A DNA stretch of 64,000 nt from Anolis carolinensis (lineage: Eukaryota), in the NCBI RefSeq assembly GCF_035594765.1, contig NC_085844.1:67347923-67411922 (forward strand). The letters run 5' to 3'. Shown one piece after another: positions 11,406 to 24,949 of the stretch (positions within the stretch are counted from its first letter, which is position 1; every line of letters starts with the position of its first letter). Both the position numbers and the translations under genes were made by a program. The notes beneath the pieces are model-generated. The model did no database searches. It was not told the origin of the DNA and saw only the letters and a list, made by a program, of their open reading frames with translations.

Positions 11406-13248
11406 TCGGAGAAGAAGGAAGGTGAAAGGAAACAGCGATAGGGGGAGATATGCCCAATAAAATGCACAATTCCAGAGGTTAGCCAGGAGAGACAAGGAAC
11501 TATTTTTGAACAAGCAATGCATGGAAGTGGAAGAAGACAATGGGATAGGAAGGACAAGAGATCTCTTCCAGAAAATCAGAAACATCGGAGGCAAATTTCA
11601 GGCAAAAATGGGCATGATCAAAAACAAAGATGGCAGGGACCTAACAGAAGCTGGAGAGATCAAGAATAGGTGGTGAGAATATACAGAAGAGCAGTATAGG
11701 AAGGATAATAATATAGAGGATAGCTTTGACGGTGTGATGAGTTAATTAGAACCAGACATCCTGAGGAGTGAGGTTGAATGGGTCTTAAGAAGCATTGCTA
11801 ACAACAAGGCAGCAGGAGACGACGGGATCCCAGCTGAACTGTTTAAAATCTTGGAAGGTGATGCTGTCAAGGTGATGCATGCCATATGCCAGCAAATATA
11901 GCAAACACAAGATTGGCCATCAGATTGGGAAAAATCAATTTATATCCCCATACCAAAAAAGGGAAACGCTAAAGAATGCTCAAACTTCCATACAGTGGCA
12001 CTTATTTCCCATGCCAGTAAGATAATGCTCAAGATCCTGCAAGGCAGACTCCAGCAATACATGGAGCGAGAGTTGCCAGATGTCCAAGCTGGATTCAGAA
12101 AAGGCAGAAGAACGAGAGACCAAATTGCCAATATCCGCTGGATAATGGAGGAAGCCAGGGAGTTTCAGAAAAACATCTATTTCTGCTTTATTGACTATTC
12201 TAAAGCCTTCAACTGTATGGATCATAATAAACTATGGCATGTTCTTGGTGGTATGAGGATACCAAGTCAACTTGTCTGTCTCCTGAGAAATCTGTATAAA
12301 GACCAAGTAGCCACAGTAAGAACAGATCACGGAACAACAGACTGGTTCAAGATTGGGAAAGGAGTACGGCAGGACTGCATACTATCGCCCTACCTATTCA
12401 ACTTGTACGCAGACACATCATGCAACATGCGGGGCTTGAGGAATCCAAGGCCGGAGTTAAAATTTCTGGAAGAAACATTAACAACCTTAGGTATGCAGAT
12501 GATACCACTCTGATGGCTGAAAGCGAGGAGGAGCTGAGGAGCCTTATCACCAAGGTGAAAGAAGAATGTGCAAAAGCTGGGTTGCAGTTAAACGTCAAGA
12601 AAACCAAGATCATGGCAACTACACCTATTGATAACTGGCAAATAGAGGGAGAAAACATGGAGGCAGTGACAGACTTTCTACGTGCGAAGATCACTGCAGA
12701 TGCAGACTGCAGCCAGGAAATCAGAAGACGTTTACTTCTTGGGAGGACAGCAATGGCCAACCTTGACAAAATAGTGAAGAGCAGAGACATCACACTGGCA
12801 ACGAAGGTCCGCATAGTCAAAGCAATGATATTCCCCATAGTAACCTATGGATGCGAGAGCTGGACCGTAAGGAAGGCTGAGCGGAGGAAGATAGATGCTT
12901 TTGAACTCTGGTGCTGGAGGAAAATCCTGAGAGTGCCTTGGACCGCAAGAAGAGCCAACCAGTCCATCCTCCAGGAGATAATGCCCGGCTGCTCACTGGA
13001 GGGAAGGATATAAGAGGCAAAGCTGAAGTATTTTGGCCACATCATGAGGAGACAGGAAAGCTTGGAAAAGATCACAATGCTGGGGAAAATGGAAGGAAAA
13101 AGGAAGAGAGGCCGACCAAGGGCAAGATGTATGGACGGTTGACCTTGAAGGAACTGGGGGGCGGTGACGGCCAACAGGGAGCTCTGGCGTGGACTGATCC
13201 ATGAGGTCACGAAGAGTTGGAGACGACTAAACGACTGAGCAGCAGCAA
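11406..13248 (+). mobile_element. RTE-BovB LINE, 5'-truncated, with stops and frameshifts
   Basis: ALISHASKIMLKIL, QAGFRKGRRTRDQIANIRWI, FIDYSKAF, LRYADDTTL, YGCESWT, DAFELWCWR; ends gtcacgaagagttggagacgactaaacgactgagcagcagc. Confidence 0.95.
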
Positions 13249-14675
13249 GACTCGGATCTTAGGTAAGATCTGGGTCTTGGCAGGTGTGGGCCCTGTGTGG
13301 ATTAAGCCTGGGGACTGCGTCACGTGATCCCTGAGCCCAATCCACACAGCCATCTCAGTTTTTCGTGCTCCATGAGCCTGAAAAACTGAGAGGGCACCCA
13401 CCACCTCCCCCAAACCCCAAAAGAACCCTTTAAAACTTTTTTTAAAAATTTACCTGGCCTCCTCGAACTTTCCTGGCATGAGCAAATGGAGATGTGGGGA
13501 GAGGATGAGGAGCCTTAGCCTGCTACATCTCCTGATGCATCATTTCCACACACCAGGAGGGTGTGAGGAGAATCATAATGGCAGCTGGATAAGTTTTTAA
13601 AGTTTCAAGGGTTGTTTTGGGGGGCTTCGGAGTGGCTGAATGCCATCCCATTTGGTATTGGGATGGCATGTAGCCAACCCCCCCCCCCCCCCCCCAAAAG
13701 AAAGTATGGGTTTTTTGGGTGGGAATGGGAACAGAAATGTGCACCATTGCGGGTTTTGAAAACCCATTTTGGCATGCATTTCTTGGATGTCTGGAAGTGC
13801 CCCTAGAAATTCTAGATAAATATTCTATCAGGAAAAATACCTAGCAATGTATTCATGATTTTTCACTTTCACAGTAGTCCTGTGCCCTCACCCCAGTAAA
13901 TAGAAAGAGCTAACTACATAGCTATATTTTTGCCTATTTAAAGGCTGGCACTGAATTTCACTACAGTTGCTAGCATATTGTCAATGCTCTCCCACAGTAA
14001 CTGATCTGTATTTGATTACAACCAGTGGCAACAAAAAGTAGGCCAGAGATAAAAGAGTTGCTAACTGTTCCTAAATAATTGAGTGGGCTTGTATGTGACA
14101 ACAAGATGTCTTGTGTAAAATATGCATTCATTTACTATGTATTAGTGATGTCTATCTTCCTGGTCTTATTATTTATTTATTCGTTTACAAAGACTTCCTA
14201 TTTATAGGCTTTAAAAACATGTGGTGTTGTTCTCCATAAAAATCACTAAGGATGTGCTTTCACCAGATTAGGGAATTTTGCCTAAACCCAATGACATAGA
14301 TTCAAAATATTACATAGTTGTAGATCTGCACTTTTTCCATCCATCAATATGTCCTTCCATCAATTCCATAGGACTGCAGACTGAAATGAAAGTTGATCTG
14401 AGAGTAGCTAATTTTTATATTGTTTTGCTTTCAATTGAATGCATAAAACACAAGGCAGGATGTGTTGTCTGCCAGATTTTAAACTCATAGTAATTCCTTG
14501 TGTAAGGTCAGGCTGTAAGTTTCAAATGATTTTAGGATAATCTATTAGGCTTCATAACTTTTGGGAGCTTTAAAATGTGAATTTCTTCAGTTTCAGTCAA
14601 ACTATCGGATCATATATGTTTTAAAAAGCATTGTACACATCTCCTCTGAGTGTTCAGCTAGGACTCTGGAGTTTT

Positions 14676-14851
14676 ACACCACTTTGACTGCCATGACACA
14701 ATGCTGTGTAATTCTGGAACTTGTAGGTAGAAGTACTATTTGGCAGAGAAGACTGAAGACCTTGTAAAACTGTACTTTCCATGATTCCATAGCACTGAAC
14801 CATAGCAGTTAGTGTGTGGAAATGCCTTAATTCTGTAGTATAGTTGCATCC
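14676..14851. mobile_element. MITE fragments (GGGTGCATCTACACTG-ended family)
   Basis: Similar to the 37796-38239 and 63878-63975 copies. Confidence 0.55.
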
Positions 14852-16487
14852 AAAGTTGTTTTCGTTAATCACTGTCAAGTCAAATTTGAGTTATGCAGCC
14901 CTGCCAATGAAAGGATTATTCCCTGGGTCGAATGCAATCTGTAAATTACCATAGTTACTCAAATCTACTGCACCATCAAATCTAATGCGCACTTCAATTT
15001 TCAAAATCCTGAAACCAAAAAAGCATTTGCAGTGACAAAAGTGTGCTCTTTGTAATTTGGCCAAAAAAGTGCACATTTCAGCTGCTGCACACTTAGAATT
15101 TCTTCTTTTAAAAAAGGTGTTAGATCACCAAAACTTCCAGCAATGGGAAAAAAACATTGCTGTAGCATGAATCCACTTGGTTCATTGTTATGGAATCATG
15201 GGGGCTGTAGTTTTACAAGGTCTTGAGCCTTCTCTGCCAAGGAATGCTGGTGGTTCACCAAACTTCAAATCCCAGTATTGCATAGCATTGAACCATAGCA
15301 ATTAAACTAGAGATGAGGCGCCTTAAATTAGAGATCCTGAAGCAGCTTCCCCTTTTGCTTTGGCTCAACACTAAGATTACCGATGCGAATCGAATGTGCA
15401 CCCTAATTTTGGCAGGGTAATTTAGCAAAAAAAAAAAAAGTGAGTATTACATTCGAGTAAATAGGGTATATGTGACCTGTGAGCCACATGTTTTTCACAC
15501 CAGAAGCATGGACATCACCTTTCAGTTACAGTCTTTTAGTCAAAATCCTGTTTTATGCCTAGTATATGTTGGCATAATTTGCAGTGGCAATATTGCAGCA
15601 GCAAGAGTTTAAAAAAAAAAAAAGCAACAGTAATTCCACATTGCAAAGAAATGATGACAGATTCTTCATGGGTGTTACTGAGAAATGAAGGCTGCTAACT
15701 GCAGAAGACTGTTTCTTTGGTGCTGCCCTTCTGAAAAGTAACAAGCTCCCTGGGAATGATAGCTTGCAAAATTGCTTATTCCCTGGCAGAGACAATTTTG
15801 CAACTCACCCTTGTCAAAGCTGTTTTTGCTGTAAGAACTCCCTTGAAGCCCAACATTGAAGAAATAGAATATGTGAAGCTAGCAGCCCCTTTCTCCCATT
15901 AACGGCCACAATGTTTTCTTTGTGTAACAATGAAACCCAGAGAAAGTGCAAAATGCATAATAAACATGAACTAATTACTGTATATTTAAAGTTGGAGCCA
16001 GCATGGAATAAAGCTTTGAGTGTTGGACTAGTACTCCAGAAGACTAGTGCTCAAATCCATGCTTAGCCATGAAAAATCCATGATAAGTTTGCGTTATTAT
16101 AGCTATGAATTGGAAATAATTTCAAGGTGCACAAGAACCTATTGGAAGTTGCCATCTGATTTTATGTGATATGATATAAAAACTAAATTACTATAACATA
16201 TTAAAGGTAGGGAATCGAAGTGTATCCTCTAGGGCTCTGTCCATAAATTGGGCTACTTTTACAACAAATGTTCAAACCACACACCACCCTTGTCAAAATT
16301 TGTTACCAGATTTTTTGTAAAAATATTTTCACATTTTGCCTAGCACATAGTTCAAGAGCAAACATCTGAGCTCAAGTACATAGTTTTCTGCTTCTTGTTA
16401 TTATGGCTTTATATGTTAAAGTGCAAAGAAGCAATAATATCGTATACCTTTTGGTGAAGAATAAGTGGTAAATCAAATTATAGAACA

Positions 16488-16488
<1 letters not shown>

Positions 16489-16538
<50 letters not shown>

Positions 16539-17045
16539 TATATCCCATTTTATCTCCCCCGAAGGGGACTCAAAGCAACTTATCATAAAAGCATCAGCAT
16601 AGGGGCCGGGCTGTGGCGCAGCTGTTGAGCAGCTGCCTTAAATCACTCTGACCATGAGGTCATGAGTTCGAGGCCAGCCCGTGGCGGGGTGAGCACCCGT
16701 CAATTAAAAATAAAAAATAGCCCCTGCTCGTTGCTGACCTAGCAACCCGAAAGATAGTTGCATCTATCAAGTAGGAAATAAGGTACCACTTATAAAGTGG
16801 GGAGGCAAGATTAACTAATTTACGACTTGGAATGAGGAAGTGCCGTCAGTGTGGATAATGAAGCAGCTGCTCCCCCCTGTGGCCAGAATCGAACATCCCC
16901 TCAGGACAAGGTTAACTTGCCTCTGCGTGTGTCTCTCAGTCTCTGTTTGATGTGTTTATGGGCATTGAATGTTTGCCCTATGTGTGTTATAATGTGATCC
17001 GCCCTGAGTCCCCTTCGGGGTGAGAAGGGCGGAATATAAATACTG

Positions 17046-17076
<31 letters not shown>

Positions 17077-18335
17077 CCATTTCAAATATACAAACATTAA
17101 AACAGGACTAAATATAAATAGTATTAAAAATTCCCAGTTAAAATCATTAAAACAAATTGATTTTAAACACCTTCATCTTTAAAAACCTGCCTGAATAAAA
17201 AGGTTTTAGCCTGCCACCTGAAAGACAGCAGGGAGGGGGCCATTCTGGCTTCCCTGGGCAGGGAGTTGCACAGTTGAGGTACAGCCAATGAGAAGACCCT
17301 CTCTCTCGTTCCTACCAACCGACCTTGAGATGGAGGTGGGACCGAGAGAAGGGCCTCTCCTGAAGATCTCAGAGCCCAGGCAGATTTGTACAAGAGGATG
17401 CAGTCAGCCAAATAGCCTGGATCCAAACTGTCTAGGGCTTTAAAGGTCATAACCAGCACTTTGAATTGTGTCCAGAAACAGACTAGCAGCCAGTGGAGCT
17501 GCTGCAACAAGGGGATTGTCCACTCCCTGTATCCAGCCTTAGTTAGCAACCTGGCTGCAGCTTTTTGGGCCAGCTGAAGTTTCCAAGCACTCTACAGAGG
17601 CGGCCCCATGTAGAGCACATTACAGTAATCCAGACAGGATGTAACTAAGGCATTTACCACCATGTCCGGATCTGGCTTCTGAAGGAACAGGTTCAGTTGG
17701 CGTACAAATTTTAATTGTGCAAAGGCCCTCCTGGCCACCACCGATATCTGGGCCTCCAGGTTCAGTGCCGAGTCCAGAAGGACCCCCAAATTGTGAACCT
17801 GTGTCTTCAGGGGGAGCATAACCCCACCCAGCACAGGTTAAATCCCTATTCCTTGGTCTGCTTTCCAACTGACCAGGAGTACCTCTTGTCTTGTCTGGAT
17901 TAAGTTCCAATTTGTTTGCCCTCATCCATTCCATTACTGATGACAGGCACTGGTTTAGGGTCAGGACAGTTTCCTTGCCATTAGGTAGAAAGGAGTAGTA
18001 GAGCTGGGTGTCATCCGCATATAGGTGGCACCGTAGTCCAAAACTCCAGATGACCTCTCCCAGGGATTTCATGTATATGTTAAACAGTATGGGGGACAAG
18101 ATGGAACCTTGAGGGACCCCATAGGTCAATGGCTGAGGATTCGAACAGGAGTCCCCCAGCACTACCTTCTGCGTTCGGCCCTCCAGGAAGGACTGGAGCC
18201 ACTGTAAGACAGTGCCTCCCAGTCCCATCCTGGCGAGATGACCCAGAAGAATCCCATGGTCAATGGTATTGAAAGCTGCTGAGAGATCCAGGAGAACCAA
18301 CAGAGACACACTCTCCTGGTCTGGCTCTCTTCGTA
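16489..18335 (-). mobile_element. L2 LINE 3' part (RT), with nested SINE
   Basis: LLVLLDLSAAFNTIDH, GVPQGSILSPILFNIYM, LYADDTQLY, LDYCN; 3' stem-loop tail and (TAA)n microsatellite at 16489-16539. Confidence 0.93.
16602..17076 (+). mobile_element. tRNA-derived SINE with an L2-type 3' tail
   Basis: A-box-like TGGCGCAGCTG, B-box GAGTTCGAGGCC (16664-16675), tail ccgccctgagtccccttcggggtgagaagggcgg then (TAAA)n. Confidence 0.85.
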
Positions 18336-20244
18336 GGACTATGTGAATGCAGCCTTGTAAAATTGAATTCCTATAGAGCCGTGACTGCACATCTAATTTT
18401 TTTTATATTATGAAAATTGTTGAATCAATCTTCATATTACATTGTACAACCTCAGTCATCTGTTTTCAAATTCACCTATTTCTTATATCATCTATTCCTA
18501 AAAATTACACTAATTCCTGAAGTTTTCTGGAATGCATTTCTTAATGCTATTAAAATAAGTAGGCCTAGACTGTGTCTGCAGCACTCAAAATATTTTTAAA
18601 TAATTTTCTCGGGATCTGGGCCTGATACAGCATAAGAGCATCCCCAAACTTCTTTGAGGTCCAGATGAATGGATGTAGGTATCTATCCAATCTATACATC
18701 CGCTTCCACTGTTTTGCCAACCAAAAGTAGCTCCCTGGCAGAACCTTGTTGCTGGTGAAGTCATTTCTGGTGAGGTCACAACGGGGCACCTGTTCATGTG
18801 ATCATCAGAAATTGCATTGCCAGCAAGTTTCTGATGGGGACCTACTTCCAACTGATGATACAGTAGTGGGTCTCTTTGATGTGTGAACATTATTTTTTCC
18901 CCAAATCCAGCCAGAACCAGCTGTACAACCTCAAAAACTCCAGGATCACTCCAAAGTTTTCTGGATAACTTGTGGTTCTCCTTATGCCGGATTAACATCC
19001 GGAAGCAATGCTTCTGCTGCAAAGCTAGTCATATGTCTTGTGGACTGCTTGCAGACATTACAATGTGATTTGGCCCTTGTTTAGTCAAAAGGGACAGAAA
19101 CTAGGTAAAAAGATGTGGAAGAATAGTGAGGCATATTAATGAAGAATGAAGAAAAGTGAATAAAATTGTTATGCAATGACAAGGAATTTACTATTGTGAA
19201 ATCATTATTCATTGAAAGTCTAGGTGTTCACTTTTTGCTATCTTTCCTGGAAATCTGCTATGTTGTCATATTATTTTCAAGAGATAAACCTGTAGAGTGA
19301 AGTTACTGCTACTGGAAGAGGACAGTGATATCTGCTTTCATGATTCCCATTTCAGTTGGACAAAAGCCTGGTCTGTTGAAAAGTTTCTCAACTCATTTAT
19401 ATGCTGTTAGGGGCAGGACTAGCATTTGAATGTGTAGCTGAAGTCATTAGCACTCTTCAAATGGCTTGTTGAACCAACTGTGAATGCTGAATGGAGGGAT
19501 ACCAAATAGCAATCTTGTCAGTAATAACAAACCTACTAAAGGAAAAATAGGAATGATTTTTAATTGACAAGACTTGTATGTGGATCAGGTGTTTGCTTGT
19601 TTGTCTGCTTGGATGTTTAGAATATTTGTATACTGAATCTCAAGGTGGAGCCTCCACATGAAAAAAGACATTAAAACAATAAACTACAACATGGACTTAA
19701 TTAAAACATAAACATAAAATGTGTAAAATGTTAATAACAGTAAAATCACTCTATAAAGGACATTCAATTGAAAGAAGCCAGGAATAAGCAGGATTTAAGA
19801 CCTATTTAGAACCAGTTTTTGGAGGGCAGCCAGGCTCATTTCTTTGGGTGGCACAAACTCTCTTTCAATTGGACCAACTTAATAGATGCTGCAGGAGGGT
19901 ATGTGTCTCATGTTTTCTGTTTTGCATAGGCTTGGTTCACATGAGTATTAGGCAGTCTTTCAATAACCAAATTTAAAGCAATGTATGTGATAAATTAACC
20001 ACCAAAATAGCTTGGTAATAATGCTGTGAGTACTGTGCGTATTGGTCAACTGTAGATTTTCTTCAGTGCAGCTTTCTTGGTAATACTTCCAGTTGTATAC
20101 ACTCAATTTTATTTAATAATTTCTGGGGCAGGGCTTTGTATTACAAGATATTTTGCTTTCCTAATATAGTTTTTTTTTTCCCCCCGTTACCTTGATGCAT
20201 TGTGTCTGTATTGTGTTGTGGCTATAATGTTGTGGCTGTAAATA

Positions 20245-20714
20245 CAGTAGAGTCTCACTTATCCAACATAAATGGGTTGGCAGAACATTGGATAAGCGAA
20301 AATGTTGGATAATAAGGAGGGATAAAGGAAAAACCTATTAAACGTCAAATTACGTTATGATTTTACAAATGAAGCACCAAAACATCATGTTTTATAACAA
20401 ATCGACAGAAAAAGCAGTTCAATACACAGTAACAATATGTAGTAATTACTGTATTTATGAATTTAGCACCAAAACATTGCAATGTATTGAAAACATTGAC
20501 TTCTAAAAAATTGACTACAAATAAAGATAGAATTGCATGGAATGAACTTACAGTAATAATATTGTTGGAAGTTAAATCCATAAAAAGTTCAGTCCTGTGA
20601 AGAATTTCTCCTTGCCTGCCTAGAGAAACAGCTATTGATCCGGGTGGGAGGTAGACTGCATTGCATAATACAGAATGTTGGGTGAGTGAAGTTTGGATAA
20701 GCGTGACTCTACAG
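20245..20714. mobile_element. Tc1/pogo-type MITE (TIR CAGTAGAGTCTCACTTATCCAA), long variant
   Basis: TIRs at both ends, TA flanks. Confidence 0.85.
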
Positions 20715-21012
20715 TATTGGAATTATAACTAATTCCTATTTTAAAAGTACAAAGCTGTGAACAAAAGAGAAGATAATATTGTTAAAGCAAATATCAGAAT
20801 AAACAAAGGCAGAGCTGTTGTTGTTTACTGCCATCAAGTTGACAGGACTTATGAATACCCTATGAATGAGAGACTTCAGAGTCACTTTATCATCAGCAGA
20901 CTTGGTCAGATTTTGAAAACCCAGTGCCATGGCTTCCTTAACTGAGTCTATCCATCTAGAACAGGGGTCCTCAAACGTTTTAAGCAGAGGGCTGGTTCAC
21001 AATCCCTTAGAC

Positions 21013-22069
21013 CAGGGGTCCCCAAACTAAGGCCCGGGGGCCGGATGCGGCCCTCCGACGTCATTTACCTGGCCCCCGCCCTCAGTTTTATAATATAATA
21101 TATTGTATATACATATAATATTGATAATAATATTATAATGTAATACAACATAACACTAATAATAATACCATATAATAATATTTATTATATGTTCTATATT
21201 ACATATAATATTACTAATAATATTACAGTATAGTGGTATAGTTCAATATAGTAATATATAATGCTAATATTGTGCTATGCTAATAATATAATATATTGTA
21301 TGTACAGTAGAGTCTCACTTATCCAACACTTGCTTATCCAACGTTCTGGATTATCCAACGCATTTTTGTAGTCAATGTTTTCAATATATCATGATATTTT
21401 GGTGCTAAATTCATAAATACAGTAATTACTACATAGCATTACTGCGTATTGAACTACTTTTTCTGCCAAATTTGTTGTCTAACATGATGTTTTGGTGCTT
21501 CATTTGTAAAATCATAACCTAATTTGATGTTTAATAGGCTTTTCCTTAATGCCTCCTTAATATCCAACATATTCGCTTATCCAACATTCTGTCGGCCCGT
21601 TTATGTTGGATAAGTGAGACTCTACTGTACATATAATTTGTAAGCCACTCTGAGTCCCCTTTGGGGTCAGAAGGGTGTGATACAAATGTAGTAAATAAAT
21701 GCAGTAAATAAATAAATAATAAATAAATAAATTTTAGACTTAGGCTCGCCCAAAGTCTGAAATGACTTGAAGGCACACAACAACAACAACAACAATCCTA
21801 ATTAACTTGACTATCTCATTGGCCAGAAGCAGGACCACACTTCCCATTGAAATCCTGATCAATGTATGTTGGTTAAAATTATTTTTATTTTTAAATATTG
21901 TATTGTTCTTTCATTTTTGTTGTTATTGTTGTTGTTTTTGCACTACAAATAAGACATGTGCAGTGTGCATCGGAATTGGTTTTTTTTTTTTTACAAATGA
22001 TAATCTGGCCCCTCAACAGTCTGAAGGATTGTGGACCAGCCCTCGGCTTAAAAAGTTTGGGGACCCCTG
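21013..22069. mobile_element. Inner hAT MITE (TIR CAGGGGTCCCCAAACT)
   Basis: Perfect 16-bp TIRs and 8-bp TSD CCTTAGAC (21005-21012, 22070-22077). Confidence 0.92.
21305..21627. mobile_element. 323-bp Tc1/pogo-type MITE inside the hAT element
   Basis: TIR CAGTAGAGTCTCACTTATCCAAC, TA flanks; same length as the 47261-47583 copy, opposite orientation. Confidence 0.9.
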
Positions 22070-22216
22070 CCTTAGACTGTTGGGGAGGTGAACTATAGTT
22101 TGGAAAAAGCATAAATTCCTATGCACACTGCACATGAAAGAACAATACAATATGTAAAATGAAGACCAATTTTAACCAACATAAACTTTTTATTGGTGGC
22201 GGGGTATAAAAATAAA

Positions 22217-22269
<53 letters not shown>

Positions 22270-23011
22270 GAGATAGTCAAGTTAATTAGGATTGTTGTTG
22301 TGTGCCTTCAAGTTGTTTCAGATTTAGAGTGACCCTAAGTCACACATTTAGGGTGGGAGGCGGGTAGTAAATGCGCTTGGAGGGCTGCACCCGGCCCTCG
22401 GGCCTTATTTTGGCCTGAATCAAATTGCATCATTAGCCACTGCGCTAGTCAGAGTTGTTCTGTGCTTGAGTTTTGAACCAAACAATCAAACTAAACATAT
22501 TCCTTTTTAAGTTGCAAGCAGCCAAGGTCTGCGGCAGTTAGTTCTTTTGCTGCTCTGTTTTAACTGCATTGGGGGGGGGGGGGGGGGAGTGTCACAAAAT
22601 TATGTTGAGGGAAAAGAGTCAAAACTTTCCAGCACTAAGCAACCTTGCTTTCATTATCCTCGCTGTACCCATAGGCTTCCTTCATCCTGCTACCACAGCC
22701 TAAGCTAGTATAATTAAGACAACATAGATACAAACAAGAGTTCCTGACAGAGATAAATTCATTTTATTTCATGTAGATTCATTTTCCTGCATCTCTTTCA
22801 CACACACAAACAATAATGTCATGGAGGTTAAAAGCAAGAAAGCTATACAAGAAGCAAGTGGTAGCCCCTGTTTTGTAGCTCTGTCCCAACTTGGAGTCAG
22901 GGGTCCCCTGTATTACATCCTAGTGGCTATACATTACGTGGGTTTCTGTAAATTATAAGATACTTGTTTTAAGAACGAGAATGAATATAATTCCCTTAAT
23001 TTTTCTTGCAG

Positions 23012-23119
23012 ATTTTCAGAAGATGTTGGCTAGTTTTCAAGAAAGCTTCTAGTAAAGGACCCAGAAGGCTAGAAAAATTTCCAGATGAGAAGGCAGCATA
23101 TTTCAGAAATTTTCACAAG
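23012..23119 (+). CDS. DOK6: Docking protein 6, coding exon 2 (PH domain)
   Basis: 108 nt between ttttcttgcAG and GTagga; translates in phase 0 to [36 protein letters not shown], matching the vertebrate DOK6 PH-domain sequence as I recall it; not in the ORF track. Confidence 0.96.
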
Positions 23120-24604
23120 GTAGGACATACTGTCTGTGAATATGGACTGTACGTTGTCAGTCACAAAGTTAAATAACAGGATATTATCTTTTATTTATTT
23201 TTGAAGTTGTTAGAGTTGACAGTAACACTACTTAATGATGTCATTAGAGGCTCAGTGAGATCCATCATTTCAAAACACAAGAGTATGCTTTCTTCCTTTG
23301 TTTTTACATGTATATTTGCTATGGGCGTGTTAATATAATGTTTTGAAGATATTTGGAAAAAGATTAATCCCTGTAATCCCTGCCAATTACCGAATAATCA
23401 ATATGAAATTTAAAATGAAGATGCATTTCTTTGAAGAGATTGCTAGACTTAGCATCTATTTGAGACTGCAAGGATTTGAAATATTTGTATGTAAAAGCCA
23501 TAGTTTAGATTAGAACATTTATTATGCAACTTCTGGTGTTCAATACATTATTACATGTTATTTCAGTGGAACTTTTCCTTCCACTCATATCTCACAAAGC
23601 ACCTGTAATTGACTTGGATGCCTATGGAGCAATCTTGACCCTACATTTATTGCTATCTGTTTATGGCTATGAAAGAACACTTGGCATTTTCAGTACTACT
23701 TATTTGTACTCAGCTGCAACAGGGTAATTTAGTTCCTACAAACCAATATTCAAAAGAATATACTGAGTACTGATCTTGCTAGGCTTAAGCACCTCAAATT
23801 ACAGGTAGAGGGTTTCACATTTGATTCTTTCCCATTAAAGTAGATTCATTTTGTATCAGAGCTAGGCTGAGCTTCTCCATGTTGTAGCTGTGGAAAGGAA
23901 AAATGAGGGTATTGCCCTTCCAAATAAGAATCCCCCCCCCTCGAACTAATTTGTTTTATTTATGCTGTGTTAATTGGTTAATTTTCCTGACCCTTTTCTT
24001 TGGATGCCCAAAGTATATACCCTAAAATGTCAATGAAAAAATTATTTTTTTTGTGGCAGGGGTAGAGATAATTTCAATGGGGGCAGAGATCTTATTGCCT
24101 TTATTTTGTCTACCCCTCTAGGGTTTTTTTGTTTTGTTTTACAAAATTCAGAAGTTTATCTTCTAAAAGAAACCATTCAGCATCATCCACCAGAGCATCA
24201 GCCACTTCTCCATTTGAATGGATTTCAGCATATCATTATATTCATTCTTATTACAACTTCCTATAAGTAATTTCCTAGATCCTGAGATATAAGTACGAGT
24301 ATAGATATGGGGACCAACACATTATCCACTTCCTATAGTTGGATCACGGACTGTCCAACAAAAATAGTAGTTCATGTTTTTCCTGGTCATTATTTTTAAG
24401 ATAGTGGACATAAAGCACATGGGCATGGGTATAATTTAACATTTGGTATTGTTCTCAACCCACCTATATCTTGTTTCCATATTAATGTATTCTCCAAAGA
24501 TCCGAAAGGTCTCAGTGGACAATGTCATTATTTTCTGCCTGAATATAGGGGCTTCCTTGACAGGACAAATGAGAACATTACTGGCATTATTAGTAGTGAT
24601 AACT

Positions 24605-24936
24605 GGTAAAGATAAAGGTTTCGCCCTGACATTAAGTCTAGTCATGTCTGACTCTGGGGGTTGGTGCTCATCTCCATTTCTAAGCCAAAGAGCTGGCGTT
24701 GTCCATAGACACCTCCTAGGTCATGTGGCCGGCATGACTGCATGGAGCGCCATTACCTTTCCGCTTGAGTGATACCTATTGGTCTACTCACATTTGAATG
24801 TTTTCAAACTGCTAGGTTGGCAGAATCTGAGGGGAACAGCAGGAGCTCACCCCACTCCCCAGATTCAAACTGCTGACCTTTTGATCAGCAAGTTCAGCAG
24901 CACAGCAGTTTAACCCGCTGTGTCAACAGGGGCTCC
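24605..24936 (-). mobile_element. Sauria SINE, full length
   Basis: (ACCTTT)-type tail, tRNA-like head ending gggctcc; ATTATTAGT flanks both sides as an imperfect TSD. Confidence 0.88.
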
Positions 24937-24949
24937 ATTATTAGTGATA

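Larger units (their letters stand above)
20962..22417. mobile_element. Outer hAT MITE (TIR CAGGGGTCCTCAAAC), degenerate, hosting nested elements
   Basis: Left end is the reverse complement of the right end of the inner element; right TIR damaged. Confidence 0.7.

Noticed and set aside
16602-16680. tRNA gene
   Set aside because: A/B boxes are present but it is the head of a SINE, with no cloverleaf
18565-19076. 145-aa ORF and a possible MITE end
   Set aside because: No protein motif, and no matching second TIR found
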